Shown piece by piece: positions 1 through 9,778 of a DNA stretch of 64,000 bases. Under the pieces are notes generated by a model. It worked only from the letters and a program-made list of their open reading frames with translations, was not told where the DNA came from and did no database searches. The translations under genes and the position numbers were made by a program. The stretch is from an uncultured Candidatus Saccharibacteria bacterium (GTDB lineage: Bacteria; Patescibacteriota; Minisyncoccia; Phycocordibacterales; UBA2100), in assembly GCA_964648335.1 (NCBI GenBank), contig CAZYLZ010000003.1, forward strand, positions 7,100-71,099, written 5' to 3'. The stretch's first letter is position 1, and the number at the start of each line of letters is the position of its first letter.

Positions 1-46
1 GGCTTCAGACAATTACCTCGGGCACTCTGCCGCAAGCGCGGACGCT

Positions 47-544
47 TTGATTCGATATGGAGAGGGAACGCTTGGTATGTTTAGGCTTACCGGTATTTCA
101 AAAATTCATGACATATACGGAAAAGTCTTCAAGGATGTCGGCAGCTTGCTTGCAACGACCATCCAAGGATCTCCTCATATGCTTGAGGCCATAGCAAGCG
201 TGGCGAAGACTGGTTCGTACGAAGAAATAGAGCTCGAAGAAAATCCAGGGAGTACCGTTGATGTAGAGACCATGAGCGCGAGCTTCGATGATACCCATGA
301 GACAAGCTCATTTGAGCAAAAAATCCTGGATCCCGACTTTGAAGTAGGCGGCAGGAAATGGAGTTCCTTAGGCTCCAACTCGGACAAGCGTGCATTTATC
401 GACGAGTACTGTGCGGACGAGGTGCGCTCCCATCGAATCGCCACGGCTGCCGATAAAAAAGGCTTCCTCTCGATGTGGCTTTCTGGTCTTCTTAAGGGTT
501 CGTGGAATAAGGTCGCGACTGATCTAAAAACAAAATACCCATAA
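47..544 (+). CDS. hypothetical protein (165 aa), first of four tightly stacked small ORFs
   Basis: Uninterrupted ORF; stop at 544 is 1 nt from the next start at 546; no recognisable motif. The window start may truncate upstream context. Confidence 0.4.
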   Translation: MIRYGEGTLGMFRLTGISKIHDIYGKVFKDVGSLLATTIQGSPHMLEAIASVAKTGSYEEIELEENPGSTVDVETMSASFDDTHETSSFEQKILDPDFEVGGRKWSSLGSNSDKRAFIDEYCADEVRSHRIATAADKKGFLSMWLSGLLKGSWNKVATDLKTKYP

Positions 545-545
545 T

Positions 546-815
546 ATGGAAAAGACCATCGTAGATATTTACAATGAATTTCTGGCTCTCACAGCTGCCT
601 CTGACGAGGCTGGTGCGCGAAAACTGATCATCGACAACTATATGTCGCTACCCGTGGATGTACAGGGAGACGTATTGCTCGCACTCGTTACCGAAGCAGC
701 CGACAAGGCACGCCAAGAGGAGGTGCTCCACGACCTTCGTACGCGCGCAATAGCCATGCTTGAGAAGTTCGAGAAGGAAGGCGAGGCGCCTGCTGTGGTA
801 CACCCCGAGGAATAA
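546..815 (+). CDS. small helical hypothetical protein (89 aa); paralog of 1176..1385
   Basis: Shares a block (ARKLIIDNYMSLPVDVQGDVLLALVTEAA vs ARAYIKKIFSSLDEDMRGKVLLAVYSAALLE) with ORF 1176..1385; operon-like spacing. Confidence 0.45.
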   Translation: MEKTIVDIYNEFLALTAASDEAGARKLIIDNYMSLPVDVQGDVLLALVTEAADKARQEEVLHDLRTRAIAMLEKFEKEGEAPAVVHPEE

Positions 816-836
816 CCGGCTTTCGTTTGACGGCCG

Positions 837-1172
837 GTGCTTTTTTATCGGACGATGCTAAGACCAATCACAACCAACGAGCTGCCGTGGTACGATAACC
901 CCATCATGTTTCCAGAACAGCCTCAATTCCAAAAAACACCGAGACACGAGAGTGTGGATCTCGCACTTAGCACAATAACTCCAACAGACATCGAAACCAT
1001 CCGAGCGCGAGCGAAGGAGCCCGGAAGCGAATCATGGGCAGGTCTGTTTTCGGATCTGACAGGCGATTCGTCGGCAACCGACATTGCAGCACAATTAAAC
1101 CAGGCTGCGAAGTCACAGAATTCTATAGCGCCGTCTATGCAATCTCCAGAGAAAGGTCCTGCCACGCTCTAA
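837..1172 (+). CDS. hypothetical protein (111 aa)
   Basis: ORF in the same orientation, 21 nt after the previous stop and 3 nt before the next start; no recognisable domain. Confidence 0.35.
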   Translation: MLFYRTMLRPITTNELPWYDNPIMFPEQPQFQKTPRHESVDLALSTITPTDIETIRARAKEPGSESWAGLFSDLTGDSSATDIAAQLNQAAKSQNSIAPSMQSPEKGPATL

Positions 1173-1175
1173 ATC

Positions 1176-1385
1176 ATGGAGACTTCACCTGACGTACTAC
1201 TTACTTTGACCGAGCTCTTGCGAGCAAACGACCTAACGGCCGCCCGCGCCTATATAAAGAAGATTTTCAGCTCGCTTGACGAAGACATGCGTGGAAAAGT
1301 CCTGTTAGCTGTCTATAGTGCCGCACTTCTTGAGATCCAAGAAAAACAAAAGCAATCCGAACCGTCAGACAAAGAAAGTAAGTAG
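1176..1385 (+). CDS. small helical hypothetical protein (69 aa); paralog of 546..815
   Basis: Sequence similarity to 546..815 (conserved 'G(D/K)VLLA' helix); Lys/Glu-rich tail. Confidence 0.45.
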   Translation: METSPDVLLTLTELLRANDLTAARAYIKKIFSSLDEDMRGKVLLAVYSAALLEIQEKQKQSEPSDKESK

Positions 1386-1401
1386 AATCCCGGAAGTAGG
1401 C

Positions 1402-2415
1402 CTAGAAAGGGTTTTTTGCGCCACGAATCTCGAAGTGGAGATGGGTACCGGTCGATTTGCCGGTCGATCCCATATAGCCGATAACCTGACCCTGCACGAC
1501 ATCTTGGCCCTCGCTCACGATATTGCTGAGCAAGTGTCCATAGAGCGTTTGCGTACCGTTGCCGTGCTTGATGACGATATAGTTTCCGTATCCTCCGTTC
1601 CACCCACCCTGACGCGAGATGATCACGGTACCGCCCGCCGCTGATAGTATCGGTGCACCCGACTTGCTCGCGAGGTCAACGCCGTTGAAACCATGGAGAC
1701 CCTGGGTCCTCACTCCACCCACGACCGGACGTATGAAGTAACCGTCATAGGTGGGAAGCGACGATATATTGACCAGGAGCGGCTCAAAAGCGCGGGCGCT
1801 ACCCGAGCGAGCAGTGGTCTTTTTAGCTGGTGCTGCAACTGGCGCCGCGATCTCCCCATTAGGGATGAGGATGTCAGCGCCGACCTCGAGGGCGTCGCGA
1901 GAATCGAGACCGTTGAACTGGGCGATCTCTTCGGCGTCGGCGTTGAACTTTTTGGCCAAAGATGCAAGAGTATCGCCCGAGCGAACTGTGTGGCCGACAC
2001 CCGAAATCGGCAATATAGTAAGTGTCATACCCTCTTTAAGGATCGTTCCCTTGGGGAGGTCATTCGCCCAAAGGATGGTGTTTGTTGTGACGCCGAAGAG
2101 CTTGGCAATCTGCGAAAGTGTATCGCCTGGGCGGACTACATATACAGAAATCATGTGACTGTCCGATCCGGTAATGTCGGCGATGGTTCCGGAAGGTCCT
2201 TCCTCGGAAAGGAGGGCCGAATCGTCTACAATCGTAGTCTCGCCACCACCTTTAGAAGGATTGGGATCAAAGTTAGTTGCGGCATGCAAAAGCGGCATGG
2301 TCTGAACAGTCTGGGGAGCTGCTTCCTGAGCTGCTTCGGCCTTTTTTGGGTTCAGAAAGTCGACGATGTCACTCCAAATACTAGCCTTGACCGTGACCGG
2401 CATGACGAGCGCCAT
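1402..2415 (-). CDS. LysM-domain M23 family metallopeptidase (murein endopeptidase)
   Basis: Two LysM-like segments (VRPGDTLSQIAKLFGV..., VRSGDTLASLAKKFNADAEEIAQFNGL) plus M23 signature YGHL...GYMGSTGKSTGTHLHFEIR at the C-terminus; N-terminal TM/signal. Confidence 0.85.
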   Translation of the reverse strand: MALVMPVTVKASIWSDIVDFLNPKKAEAAQEAAPQTVQTMPLLHAATNFDPNPSKGGGETTIVDDSALLSEEGPSGTIADITGSDSHMISVYVVRPGDTLSQIAKLFGVTTNTILWANDLPKGTILKEGMTLTILPISGVGHTVRSGDTLASLAKKFNADAEEIAQFNGLDSRDALEVGADILIPNGEIAAPVAAPAKKTTARSGSARAFEPLLVNISSLPTYDGYFIRPVVGGVRTQGLHGFNGVDLASKSGAPILSAAGGTVIISRQGGWNGGYGNYIVIKHGNGTQTLYGHLLSNIVSEGQDVVQGQVIGYMGSTGKSTGTHLHFEIRGAKNPF

Positions 2416-2753
2416 AACCGCGATAAGCGAAACAACACGAAAACCCTTCTTTAGGAAGGACCCTTGGTGCCGGGAGGCACTTTGAGCATCTTTTTGTGTC
2501 TGGCAACGGGAGAGCCGCCCCCCAGGGCCAGAGTTTCGAAATTTAGTTGAAATAGGCAGTTTTTAAGCGGTTTTCTGGATTTCTGGACTTTTGCGCGACT
2601 CCCAAGTGTCAGGTGGGGGCAAAATTCGGTAGTGACTGTCGACCGCTGTACCTATCACTGTACTCACGAGGGGCTGAGCGTCAATGACGCTCTCATGAAG
2701 ACGGTGGATAGCGAAATAGTCAACATTTCCCGATTCCGACATGTTTTTTATAC

Positions 2754-4748
2754 GTGGATGATATAGTTTCGAGCGTGAAGTATCTCGAAGGACTCAACGA
2801 CCGCCAGCGTGAAGCAGTTTTGGCTCCGAGCGCCCCTTTAATGGTGCTTGCGGGAGCCGGAGCAGGGAAGACCAAGATGCTCACGCATCGCATAGCCCGC
2901 TTTATCGCCGAGGGCGTACCGGCCGAAGCCATCCTCGCAGTCACATTTACCAACAAGGCCGCCAAGGAGATGCGGGAGCGCGTCATCTCGATCATCAACA
3001 CCCTGCCGGCAGCTAACGTGCCACTCTCTTCGTTTGCAGACAGCCGCGTTCCAACGGTATCGACCTTTCACTCGCTCGGCGTCCGGATACTCCGCGAGCA
3101 CGCTGGTATTCTGGGCATACCTCGCTCGTTCTCGATCTGGGATAGGGCCGACAGCATTCGCGCCATCAAGGCGGCCCTCACGGCACGGGGCCTCGAGAAG
3201 CGCTACGAGGCCAAGCACGTGCTCGGACGCATCTCGAAGAGCAAAGGGGAGAGTGTCGACGCACAGGCCTTCCGAGCATCGGCTCACACCCCCTGGGAAG
3301 ACGTGGTAGCCGAGCTCTGGGAAGCATACGACGTTGCCCGTTTCAAGGAGGGAGCACTCGACTTTGATGATCTACTCCTCTCCACGCACGCTCTTCTTAC
3401 CAAGGACAAGGAGGTTCTCTCTAAGCTGCAGCACCGCTGGACCCACCTCTTGATCGACGAGTACCAAGACACGAACCGCGTCCAGTATGAGATCGCCCGT
3501 CTCTTGGCGGGTGCGAATAAGAACCTCACCGTCGTTGGTGATATAGACCAGAATATCTACAGCTGGCGGGGGGCCGATATCGGCCACCTGCTGTCTTTCG
3601 AGAAGACATTCCCGGGCGCAACTGTGGTCATGCTCGAGCAAAATTACCGCTCAACCCGCACTATCGTAGGAGCTGCCAACGGTGTGATCGCCCGCAACAA
3701 GAATCGCTACGACAAAACCTTGTTTACCGAGAACGATGGAGGCGAGCAGATCGACCTCTATTACGCCACCGGCGAGTCCGACGAAGCGATGTTCGTGGCA
3801 AAGACCGCGCGCGAATACATGCAAAAAGGAACACCGGCCCATGAGATAGCGGTGCTCTACCGAGCAAACTTTCAGTCGCGAGCACTTGAGGAGGCGTTTA
3901 TAAAGATGGGAGTACCGTACCGTCTCTTGGGAACGAAGTTTTTCGAGCGATCCGAAGTCAAAGACGTCCTCTCGTACCTACGCGCCGCCTTGAATCCGCA
4001 GTCTTCGGGAGATATTGCGCGCATCGTCGCGTCTCCGCCGCGCGGCATTGGCAAGACGACCCTTGCCAAGGTGCTTGAGGGAGCAATCGACACGCTTCCA
4101 GCCACTTCGCGCAACAAGGTAGAGGTGTTCTTTAGCCTACTTGCCCGGATTGCCGAGTGCGCCAAGACCCAGCCAGTTTCGCACACGATAAAGTTCATCA
4201 TTCGCGAGAGCGGTCTCGAAACGCACCTGACACAGGGAAGCGAAGAAGACAAAGAGAGGCTTTTGAACGCGAAGGAGCTCGTCAACCTCGCAACAAAATA
4301 CGATGCTCTCGAGCCCTTGGCTGCAGCCGAGAAGTTACTGGAAGAAGCAGCGCTCATGACAGACCAGGATTCTCTTATGAACGTCGAAGAGAATAATGCC
4401 GTCTCACTTATGACAGTTCATGCTTCGAAGGGTCTCGAGTTCGATGTTGTGTTCATTACCGGCCTCGAGGAAGGGTTGTTTCCTTACGAGTCCGACGATG
4501 ACGACCGCGACCAAGAAGAAGAGCGTCGTTTGTTTTACGTCGCCCTGACCCGCGCACGCAAGAAGGTGTACCTTACGTCGGCCGCGACGCGCATGATGTT
4601 CGGAAACCGAGAGCTCTGTACACCATCGCAATTCTTGTCCGACATCGAGCCTGCGTACTTACGCGCGGCCTTTGGCGGCACTACCGCTCCGGAGAAGCCA
4701 CGGCGATCTTTTGATGAATTCGGTTACGAGGAAGACACCATCTACTGA
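2754..4748 (+). CDS. uvrD: ATP-dependent DNA helicase UvrD/PcrA
   Basis: Helicase motif I AGAGAGKTKMLTHRIA, motif II LLIDEYQDTN, motif VI-like VALTRARKKVYLT; 664 aa. Confidence 0.9.
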   Translation: MDDIVSSVKYLEGLNDRQREAVLAPSAPLMVLAGAGAGKTKMLTHRIARFIAEGVPAEAILAVTFTNKAAKEMRERVISIINTLPAANVPLSSFADSRVPTVSTFHSLGVRILREHAGILGIPRSFSIWDRADSIRAIKAALTARGLEKRYEAKHVLGRISKSKGESVDAQAFRASAHTPWEDVVAELWEAYDVARFKEGALDFDDLLLSTHALLTKDKEVLSKLQHRWTHLLIDEYQDTNRVQYEIARLLAGANKNLTVVGDIDQNIYSWRGADIGHLLSFEKTFPGATVVMLEQNYRSTRTIVGAANGVIARNKNRYDKTLFTENDGGEQIDLYYATGESDEAMFVAKTAREYMQKGTPAHEIAVLYRANFQSRALEEAFIKMGVPYRLLGTKFFERSEVKDVLSYLRAALNPQSSGDIARIVASPPRGIGKTTLAKVLEGAIDTLPATSRNKVEVFFSLLARIAECAKTQPVSHTIKFIIRESGLETHLTQGSEEDKERLLNAKELVNLATKYDALEPLAAAEKLLEEAALMTDQDSLMNVEENNAVSLMTVHASKGLEFDVVFITGLEEGLFPYESDDDDRDQEEERRLFYVALTRARKKVYLTSAATRMMFGNRELCTPSQFLSDIEPAYLRAAFGGTTAPEKPRRSFDEFGYEEDTIY

Positions 4749-4749
4749 T

Positions 4750-5532
4750 ATGCGAGATGGTACCAAGACACCTAAGCTCGGCCAGCACTTTTTGACCTCG
4801 ACCAAGGCGCTCAGTCAGATAGTCGCAGCAGGGGATATCGCAGCGACAGACACCGTGCTCGAGATAGGACCCGGTAAAGGTGTTTTGACCGCAGAACTCC
4901 TTGCAAAAGCTGGAAAAGTCGTCGCACTCGAGAAAGATCCCGAGCTCGTGACCTATCTACGCGATCGGTTTGCGAAAGAAATCTCGGATGGAAAACTTGA
5001 ACTAGTAGAAGGAGATGCACTCGAATACGATCCATCGAGCCTCGACACCTACAAACTCATAGCCAACATTCCGTACTACATAACGGGAGCTATAATCCGT
5101 AAATTTTTGACCGAATCTGCGCAACCAGAGCGTATGGTCCTTTTGGTACAGAAAGAAATCGCCGAGCGGATAGCGCGGAGCGAAAAGGAGAGCATCCTCT
5201 CGATCTCAGTCAAAGCATATGGGACGCCGCGGTATGTCGACACCGTAAAGGCCGGCGCTTTCAGTCCACCGCCCAAGGTGGATTCGGCCATATTGGTAAT
5301 CGATAGTATTTCGAAACGATTGTTTAAGGACGTGACGGAGGACTGGTTCTTTACCGTTGTAAAAGCCGGCTTTGCGGCAAAACGCAAGCAGTTGCAGGGT
5401 AATCTAGGCACTATTGCGACAAGACAATCCATAACGGATGCGTTCGCTCATATCGGCATCGATAGCTTTTCGCGTGGCGAGGACGTGCATATAGAGACAT
5501 GGGTTGCCCTAGCTGATTCGCTCGCGGAATAA
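4750..5532 (+). CDS. rsmA: 16S rRNA (adenine1518/1519-N6)-dimethyltransferase RsmA/KsgA
   Basis: LGQHFL...VLEIGPGKGVLTAELL SAM motif and NIPYYIT motif typical of KsgA/Dim1. Start chosen at the internal Met just after the uvrD stop. Confidence 0.85.
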   Translation: MRDGTKTPKLGQHFLTSTKALSQIVAAGDIAATDTVLEIGPGKGVLTAELLAKAGKVVALEKDPELVTYLRDRFAKEISDGKLELVEGDALEYDPSSLDTYKLIANIPYYITGAIIRKFLTESAQPERMVLLVQKEIAERIARSEKESILSISVKAYGTPRYVDTVKAGAFSPPPKVDSAILVIDSISKRLFKDVTEDWFFTVVKAGFAAKRKQLQGNLGTIATRQSITDAFAHIGIDSFSRGEDVHIETWVALADSLAE

Positions 5533-5563
5533 CTGCACTCCGGATTCAAAAATCGTCGGGTGA

Positions 5564-5905
5564 TTATTGAGACGAACCCATCATGGTTATATGCTTTCCA
5601 GAAAACACGATAAGCGGCTGGATCTCGACGATGCAAAAATAAGGTGCACCATTGAGGCCCAGTATCCATTGACCAGCGTGTCGAGGCGGGCCGTTAAGGT
5701 AGGTGACGGTTCCCGCACTCCAAATATGTGGTCCTCCGATCGGCGGTCCGAGCATGGTCCAGATAACTTGGTTGTAGCAGGGGATCACGGTCGATGCCTG
5801 TCCTCCAAACGGTGCGGCTTGGACCTTTGGAGCCAAGAGCATAAAAGCAGCGAGTGCGACTATCACGACTAGGACGAACGAAAACATCGAAACGAGTGAA
5901 CGCAT
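5564..5905 (-). CDS. small secreted hypothetical protein
   Basis: ORF with a predicted signal peptide (MRSLVSMFSFVLVVIVALAAFMLLAPKVQAAP) from an internal Met; no domain recognised. Confidence 0.35.
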   Translation of the reverse strand: MRSLVSMFSFVLVVIVALAAFMLLAPKVQAAPFGGQASTVIPCYNQVIWTMLGPPIGGPHIWSAGTVTYLNGPPRHAGQWILGLNGAPYFCIVEIQPLIVFSGKHITMMGSSQ

Positions 5906-5947
5906 GCACTCAGTATACCCACGCATTTCTTTGAGACCTAGAGATGC

Positions 5948-6898
5948 GTGGGTACAATGACACATATGCATTGGGTGGGACTCTATCCGTACCGAGCCGC
6001 ACTTGCGGCTATCGTTCTTTTGGTACTCCTAGGCGGAGCCTTGGTAGTAAGCAAGAGCTCGCAGAGCCCACTTTCTACGACCCAGACCACCTGGGGGCAG
6101 GTGGGATCGTTGGTGCAGCAACCCGGGGCAGGAGGCACCCGAACGTCCGACACCGTGACACGACAAGTCTCGGACAGCGATATATACACCAGTCTCACGG
6201 CGGGCAAGACGGGTAAGTACGGCGATGTGTACGCAAACGACATCCCGGTACCGCAAAGCCCGATCATAACCAACACCGGAGACGGCTTCAAAGGAGGGGA
6301 GGTAGAGACCTTTTTAGCATCGGTAAAGCCAAGCGCCGAGGGTATAACGACCAAAAACCAAGACGGAGAGGACCTAAGCCTGTCCGACATCTATTCGTAC
6401 GTACCCTCGAACTCGATCCCGTTCGTAAAACCGACCACCTCTACCCGCACTCCGCTCCAAGACTCACTCTATAACTACGGTAACGATGCCGGCTCGATAG
6501 TCGAGTCGCACGACGAACGCTATCCCAATGTCGCGACCGTCATGGATGCGTTCTTTAAGAACCGCTCGGACCCGACTGCACTAAAGGGCGTCAAAGGGCT
6601 TGCCGCCTCTCTAGCTCAGGCGGGACAAGAGATAGCTGCTCTCGAAACGGTTCCTGCGAACGTCGCATCACTCAACGCCTCGCTAGCCCTCGACTACAAG
6701 GACCTCGCGACGAAGCTGTCCGCCTTGACCGAATCGAAAAGCGACACTGAGCTCGTCGGTGCGATCACGACCTACAACACAAGCGCTGAAGCCTTCGCTA
6801 AGACAAATGTCGGTATCGCGACCTTATTCTCAGCCGCAGGGGTGCATTTCTCATCGACCGAAGCAGGCCGGATGTTCCAGTTCACGCCGATGAACTAG
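5948..6898 (+). CDS. N-terminally membrane-anchored hypothetical protein (316 aa)
   Basis: Single N-terminal hydrophobic helix (AALAAIVLLVLLGGALVV) then a Thr/Ser-rich extracellular region; start may be at the downstream Met (5966). Confidence 0.5.
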   Translation: MGTMTHMHWVGLYPYRAALAAIVLLVLLGGALVVSKSSQSPLSTTQTTWGQVGSLVQQPGAGGTRTSDTVTRQVSDSDIYTSLTAGKTGKYGDVYANDIPVPQSPIITNTGDGFKGGEVETFLASVKPSAEGITTKNQDGEDLSLSDIYSYVPSNSIPFVKPTTSTRTPLQDSLYNYGNDAGSIVESHDERYPNVATVMDAFFKNRSDPTALKGVKGLAASLAQAGQEIAALETVPANVASLNASLALDYKDLATKLSALTESKSDTELVGAITTYNTSAEAFAKTNVGIATLFSAAGVHFSSTEAGRMFQFTPMN

Positions 6899-6977
6899 TC
6901 GCGGGTGCACACGATAAAAAGATAGGGAATGTGCAATAAAATACATCTTTATTGCTTTGACCCTCTGATACAATAAT

Positions 6978-7850
6978 GTGGTGCCGTACGCATCATCTGT
7001 TTCTAATCGACGTTCCATTCTAGCCGCGACATCGGTTGCCATACTATGCATCGTCGCTGGGTGGAGGATCGCCGAAGCGTTTCGTCCCAAAACCGAGCCA
7101 TCGATTGCAAAAATAGATCTCTCGGACCTCGCCGGGCCTGCCGATGAAACCGATACCGATGGCGACTCCGTACCCGACTGGCAAGAATTTCTGATCGGCT
7201 CCAACCCTGCGGTCGCAGACAAAGAAGTAGCGAATGCGCGACTCGCATCATCAACTGAAGTGTCTGCATCTTCAGTCGTCTCCACGCCCGAGACCTCAAA
7301 ACTCGTAGACAAAGTAGTGACGGCGTACACCGGCGCACAGATGACCGCCCAAGCACTCACCCCCGAAGACATCGCAAACCAGATATCCTCCGGCCTCGAG
7401 GCACCCGGCACCTACAAGCCGCACCTTGCATCCGAAATCAAGACTGTCGCCATCAACACTAAAGAGCGCGCTGCCCGGTATCAAGAAGATATGCGCAAAG
7501 CCATGGAGCCGATGCTCACATTTAAGAGCTCCGAGATCGAACTCATCGGCCGGTATGTCGCGCAAAAGGATCCTGCCGCGATGAGCGAGCTCGAGCACAT
7601 CGCCTCGGTCGACGATGCAGTCGCTTCTGCCATGCTCAAGGTCGTCGTCCCAACCGACGCGCTCGACCGTCACCTCGAAGCGATAAATGCGCTCACATAT
7701 TTCTCCGCGACCCTTCATACCATAGTCAAATACTCGAACGATCCGATCGCGTCACTCACGCTCCTGCGCGTCTTTAATGACGCCGAGAAGCGAATGAATG
7801 CGGCGTACGGTCAGCTCGGCGTCTATTACTCTCAGATGCGCGCACTATGA
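6978..7850 (+). CDS. N-terminally membrane-anchored hypothetical protein (290 aa)
   Basis: N-terminal TM (ILAATSVAILCIVAGW); stop overlaps the next gene start (7847); acidic DxDxD patch. Confidence 0.5.
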   Translation: MVPYASSVSNRRSILAATSVAILCIVAGWRIAEAFRPKTEPSIAKIDLSDLAGPADETDTDGDSVPDWQEFLIGSNPAVADKEVANARLASSTEVSASSVVSTPETSKLVDKVVTAYTGAQMTAQALTPEDIANQISSGLEAPGTYKPHLASEIKTVAINTKERAARYQEDMRKAMEPMLTFKSSEIELIGRYVAQKDPAAMSELEHIASVDDAVASAMLKVVVPTDALDRHLEAINALTYFSATLHTIVKYSNDPIASLTLLRVFNDAEKRMNAAYGQLGVYYSQMRAL

Positions 7851-9769
7851 CACTGACCACGCGCATATCGACGCTGTTTTTCATCTTGATGATTGTTGCA
7901 GGCTTTTCATCGGTCGCGGCCGCACAGGTCACGACCGACTGCACCCCGAACGCAGCGGGAGGGCAGACCTGCACATCGGTTGCGGTTGCCGGAAAGCCGA
8001 GCCCGCCCGTAATCCAGGTTTCGGGCGGAACGGGCGGGACAGGTGCGTACACTGTCCGCGGGCAAGCTGTGCCAGGGGCAACTGTCGCAATAAGTACACC
8101 GAGCGGCGCTAAGTGCCCTGACAACACCCAGGCAGATGCTAACGGCGCCTTTACGTGTACCTTAAGCGGTACTCCAGCAAATGGCGAGAGCATCAGCGCG
8201 CAGCAGACGGCACCCGATGGTCAGAGGTCTGACGTCGGCGAGACCCCGAACGCCATCAAGCAGCTCCCTGACACCGAGGCAAACCGTGCGTTCCTTAAGG
8301 ACGGCGTCTTCGGTTGTGGCACGGGTGCTTACGCCATGAACGTAGGCACGATGAACGCGATAGGTGGCGTGTACGTACCAGTCAACGATGCTGCAGTAAC
8401 CCAGAACACTGGGTATCTGGTGTATAAGTTCTGTATCCTCGATGGAGTAGTTGTGCGCGAACGCGAAGCGGCGACCTCGGCGTTCGTCAAAGCGGCGCTC
8501 GACAAGATAACCGGAAAGGGAGGGACTCCTGCATATGTGCTCAATATCCAGGAATATATTCGCGAGAAGCAGGACAAGACCATGGTCGAGTTTACCAAGA
8601 ACTACAATTTCAATGCGGCATGCACCCCATACCGCGACCCGGTCAAACGAGCCATCGTGCAGCAGTATCTTCAAACGCGCAACAAAAAGAACGCGAGTTT
8701 TACCTGCACCCTACCGAACGGAACCGCGTCAGCAGGGGTCGGCGCGCTTTGGCAGATTGCGCAGAACCCGGGAGGAAACACTCCACTCGGTGCCTACATG
8801 GCGGCCCAGATCCAAGCCGAAGAGGCCCTGTCCGAAACCGAGGATGATGTGCGCGATGAAGTGCAGCGCAACAACGGCTTCAAAGATGTGGTGAGGGATG
8901 ATACGTCACCGACCGAGACAGGGGAGCAGCGCGTGATCCCGCGTGTCCTGACGCCCGGCTCGGTCATCAAGGCCATAACGGATCAGATGGTCACATCTGG
9001 TTATCGTCAGCTCGAAAATGCAAGCGCCGTCGACCAGATTATCAATGCGCTCTTCAGCGGACTTTCGACACAAATCCTCACCGACGCCGGCGGCCTCGCT
9101 GGTATCTCGCAGCAACAAGGAGCGACGCCCTCGTACCTAAACCAGGCATCGCAAAATGCAGTATCGGGACTGCGTACGACCGTCACAAACAATGCACTTA
9201 CTATCGTATTCAACGCCCTTGCGGTCGAAGGTCAGTATCATAAAGCGCAAGAGACAATCGGGCAGGCGGTCCTCGATGCGCGCAGCAAGCTCCGTGTTGC
9301 CGAGAACGCATGTTGGAACATGATCATCCCCAAGGTACAGGAGCGTGCTGCACAAGATACGAGCGGGGCCGTGACTTTGGTCATCGCTACATCTACGCAA
9401 TTCTCGGATGCGGTTATCAGGACACAGCTCCAGCCCCTAGCCGACGCTGCACGACAGGGAATAGACAACTCCGATCAGGCGCTCGCCGCCCTTAAAACGC
9501 TTGCAGCGAGCCTCCAGAACACCGCATCACTCTCGGTGCAGAATGTCGCACTTCATCAACTCGACAACCTGCTCGCTAATCACACCGTCCACACACAATT
9601 CGATCTGAAGACGGTGCAGGGGCAGGCCGACACCGTACAGACTGCCATGACCAACCTGGTCACTGACACCGTCAAGTCATGGGGCGACAACCCAGCAAAT
9701 CCGCCCGGTTGGTGCAATGTGAATAAGGTGGAAGTGATCGACTTCTGGCTTGCCCAGTGGAAGAAGTAA
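7847..9769 (+). CDS. secreted hypothetical protein (640 aa), first gene of the T4SS-like block
   Basis: Signal peptide MTLTTRISTLFFILMIVAGFSSVAAAQ; Cys-containing Ig-like N-terminal segment; overlaps the upstream stop. Confidence 0.5.
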   Translation: MTLTTRISTLFFILMIVAGFSSVAAAQVTTDCTPNAAGGQTCTSVAVAGKPSPPVIQVSGGTGGTGAYTVRGQAVPGATVAISTPSGAKCPDNTQADANGAFTCTLSGTPANGESISAQQTAPDGQRSDVGETPNAIKQLPDTEANRAFLKDGVFGCGTGAYAMNVGTMNAIGGVYVPVNDAAVTQNTGYLVYKFCILDGVVVREREAATSAFVKAALDKITGKGGTPAYVLNIQEYIREKQDKTMVEFTKNYNFNAACTPYRDPVKRAIVQQYLQTRNKKNASFTCTLPNGTASAGVGALWQIAQNPGGNTPLGAYMAAQIQAEEALSETEDDVRDEVQRNNGFKDVVRDDTSPTETGEQRVIPRVLTPGSVIKAITDQMVTSGYRQLENASAVDQIINALFSGLSTQILTDAGGLAGISQQQGATPSYLNQASQNAVSGLRTTVTNNALTIVFNALAVEGQYHKAQETIGQAVLDARSKLRVAENACWNMIIPKVQERAAQDTSGAVTLVIATSTQFSDAVIRTQLQPLADAARQGIDNSDQALAALKTLAASLQNTASLSVQNVALHQLDNLLANHTVHTQFDLKTVQGQADTVQTAMTNLVTDTVKSWGDNPANPPGWCNVNKVEVIDFWLAQWKK

Positions 9770-9778
9770 ACTAATGTT

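Noticed and set aside
1318-2454. Plus-strand ORFs 1318..1644, 1693..2454 and 1751..2158 opposite the LysM-M23 peptidase gene
   Set aside because: Overlap a well-supported minus-strand gene; no motifs; typical shadow ORFs.
2416-2753. 340-bp divergent intergenic region with short direct repeats (TTCTGGA x2)
   Set aside because: No convincing promoter consensus, DnaA boxes or structured element; likely ordinary divergent promoter region.
4672-4749. Upstream 26 codons of the rsmA ORF overlapping the uvrD 3' end
   Set aside because: KsgA homology starts at the Met just after the uvrD stop; the overlap segment is uvrD coding sequence in another frame.
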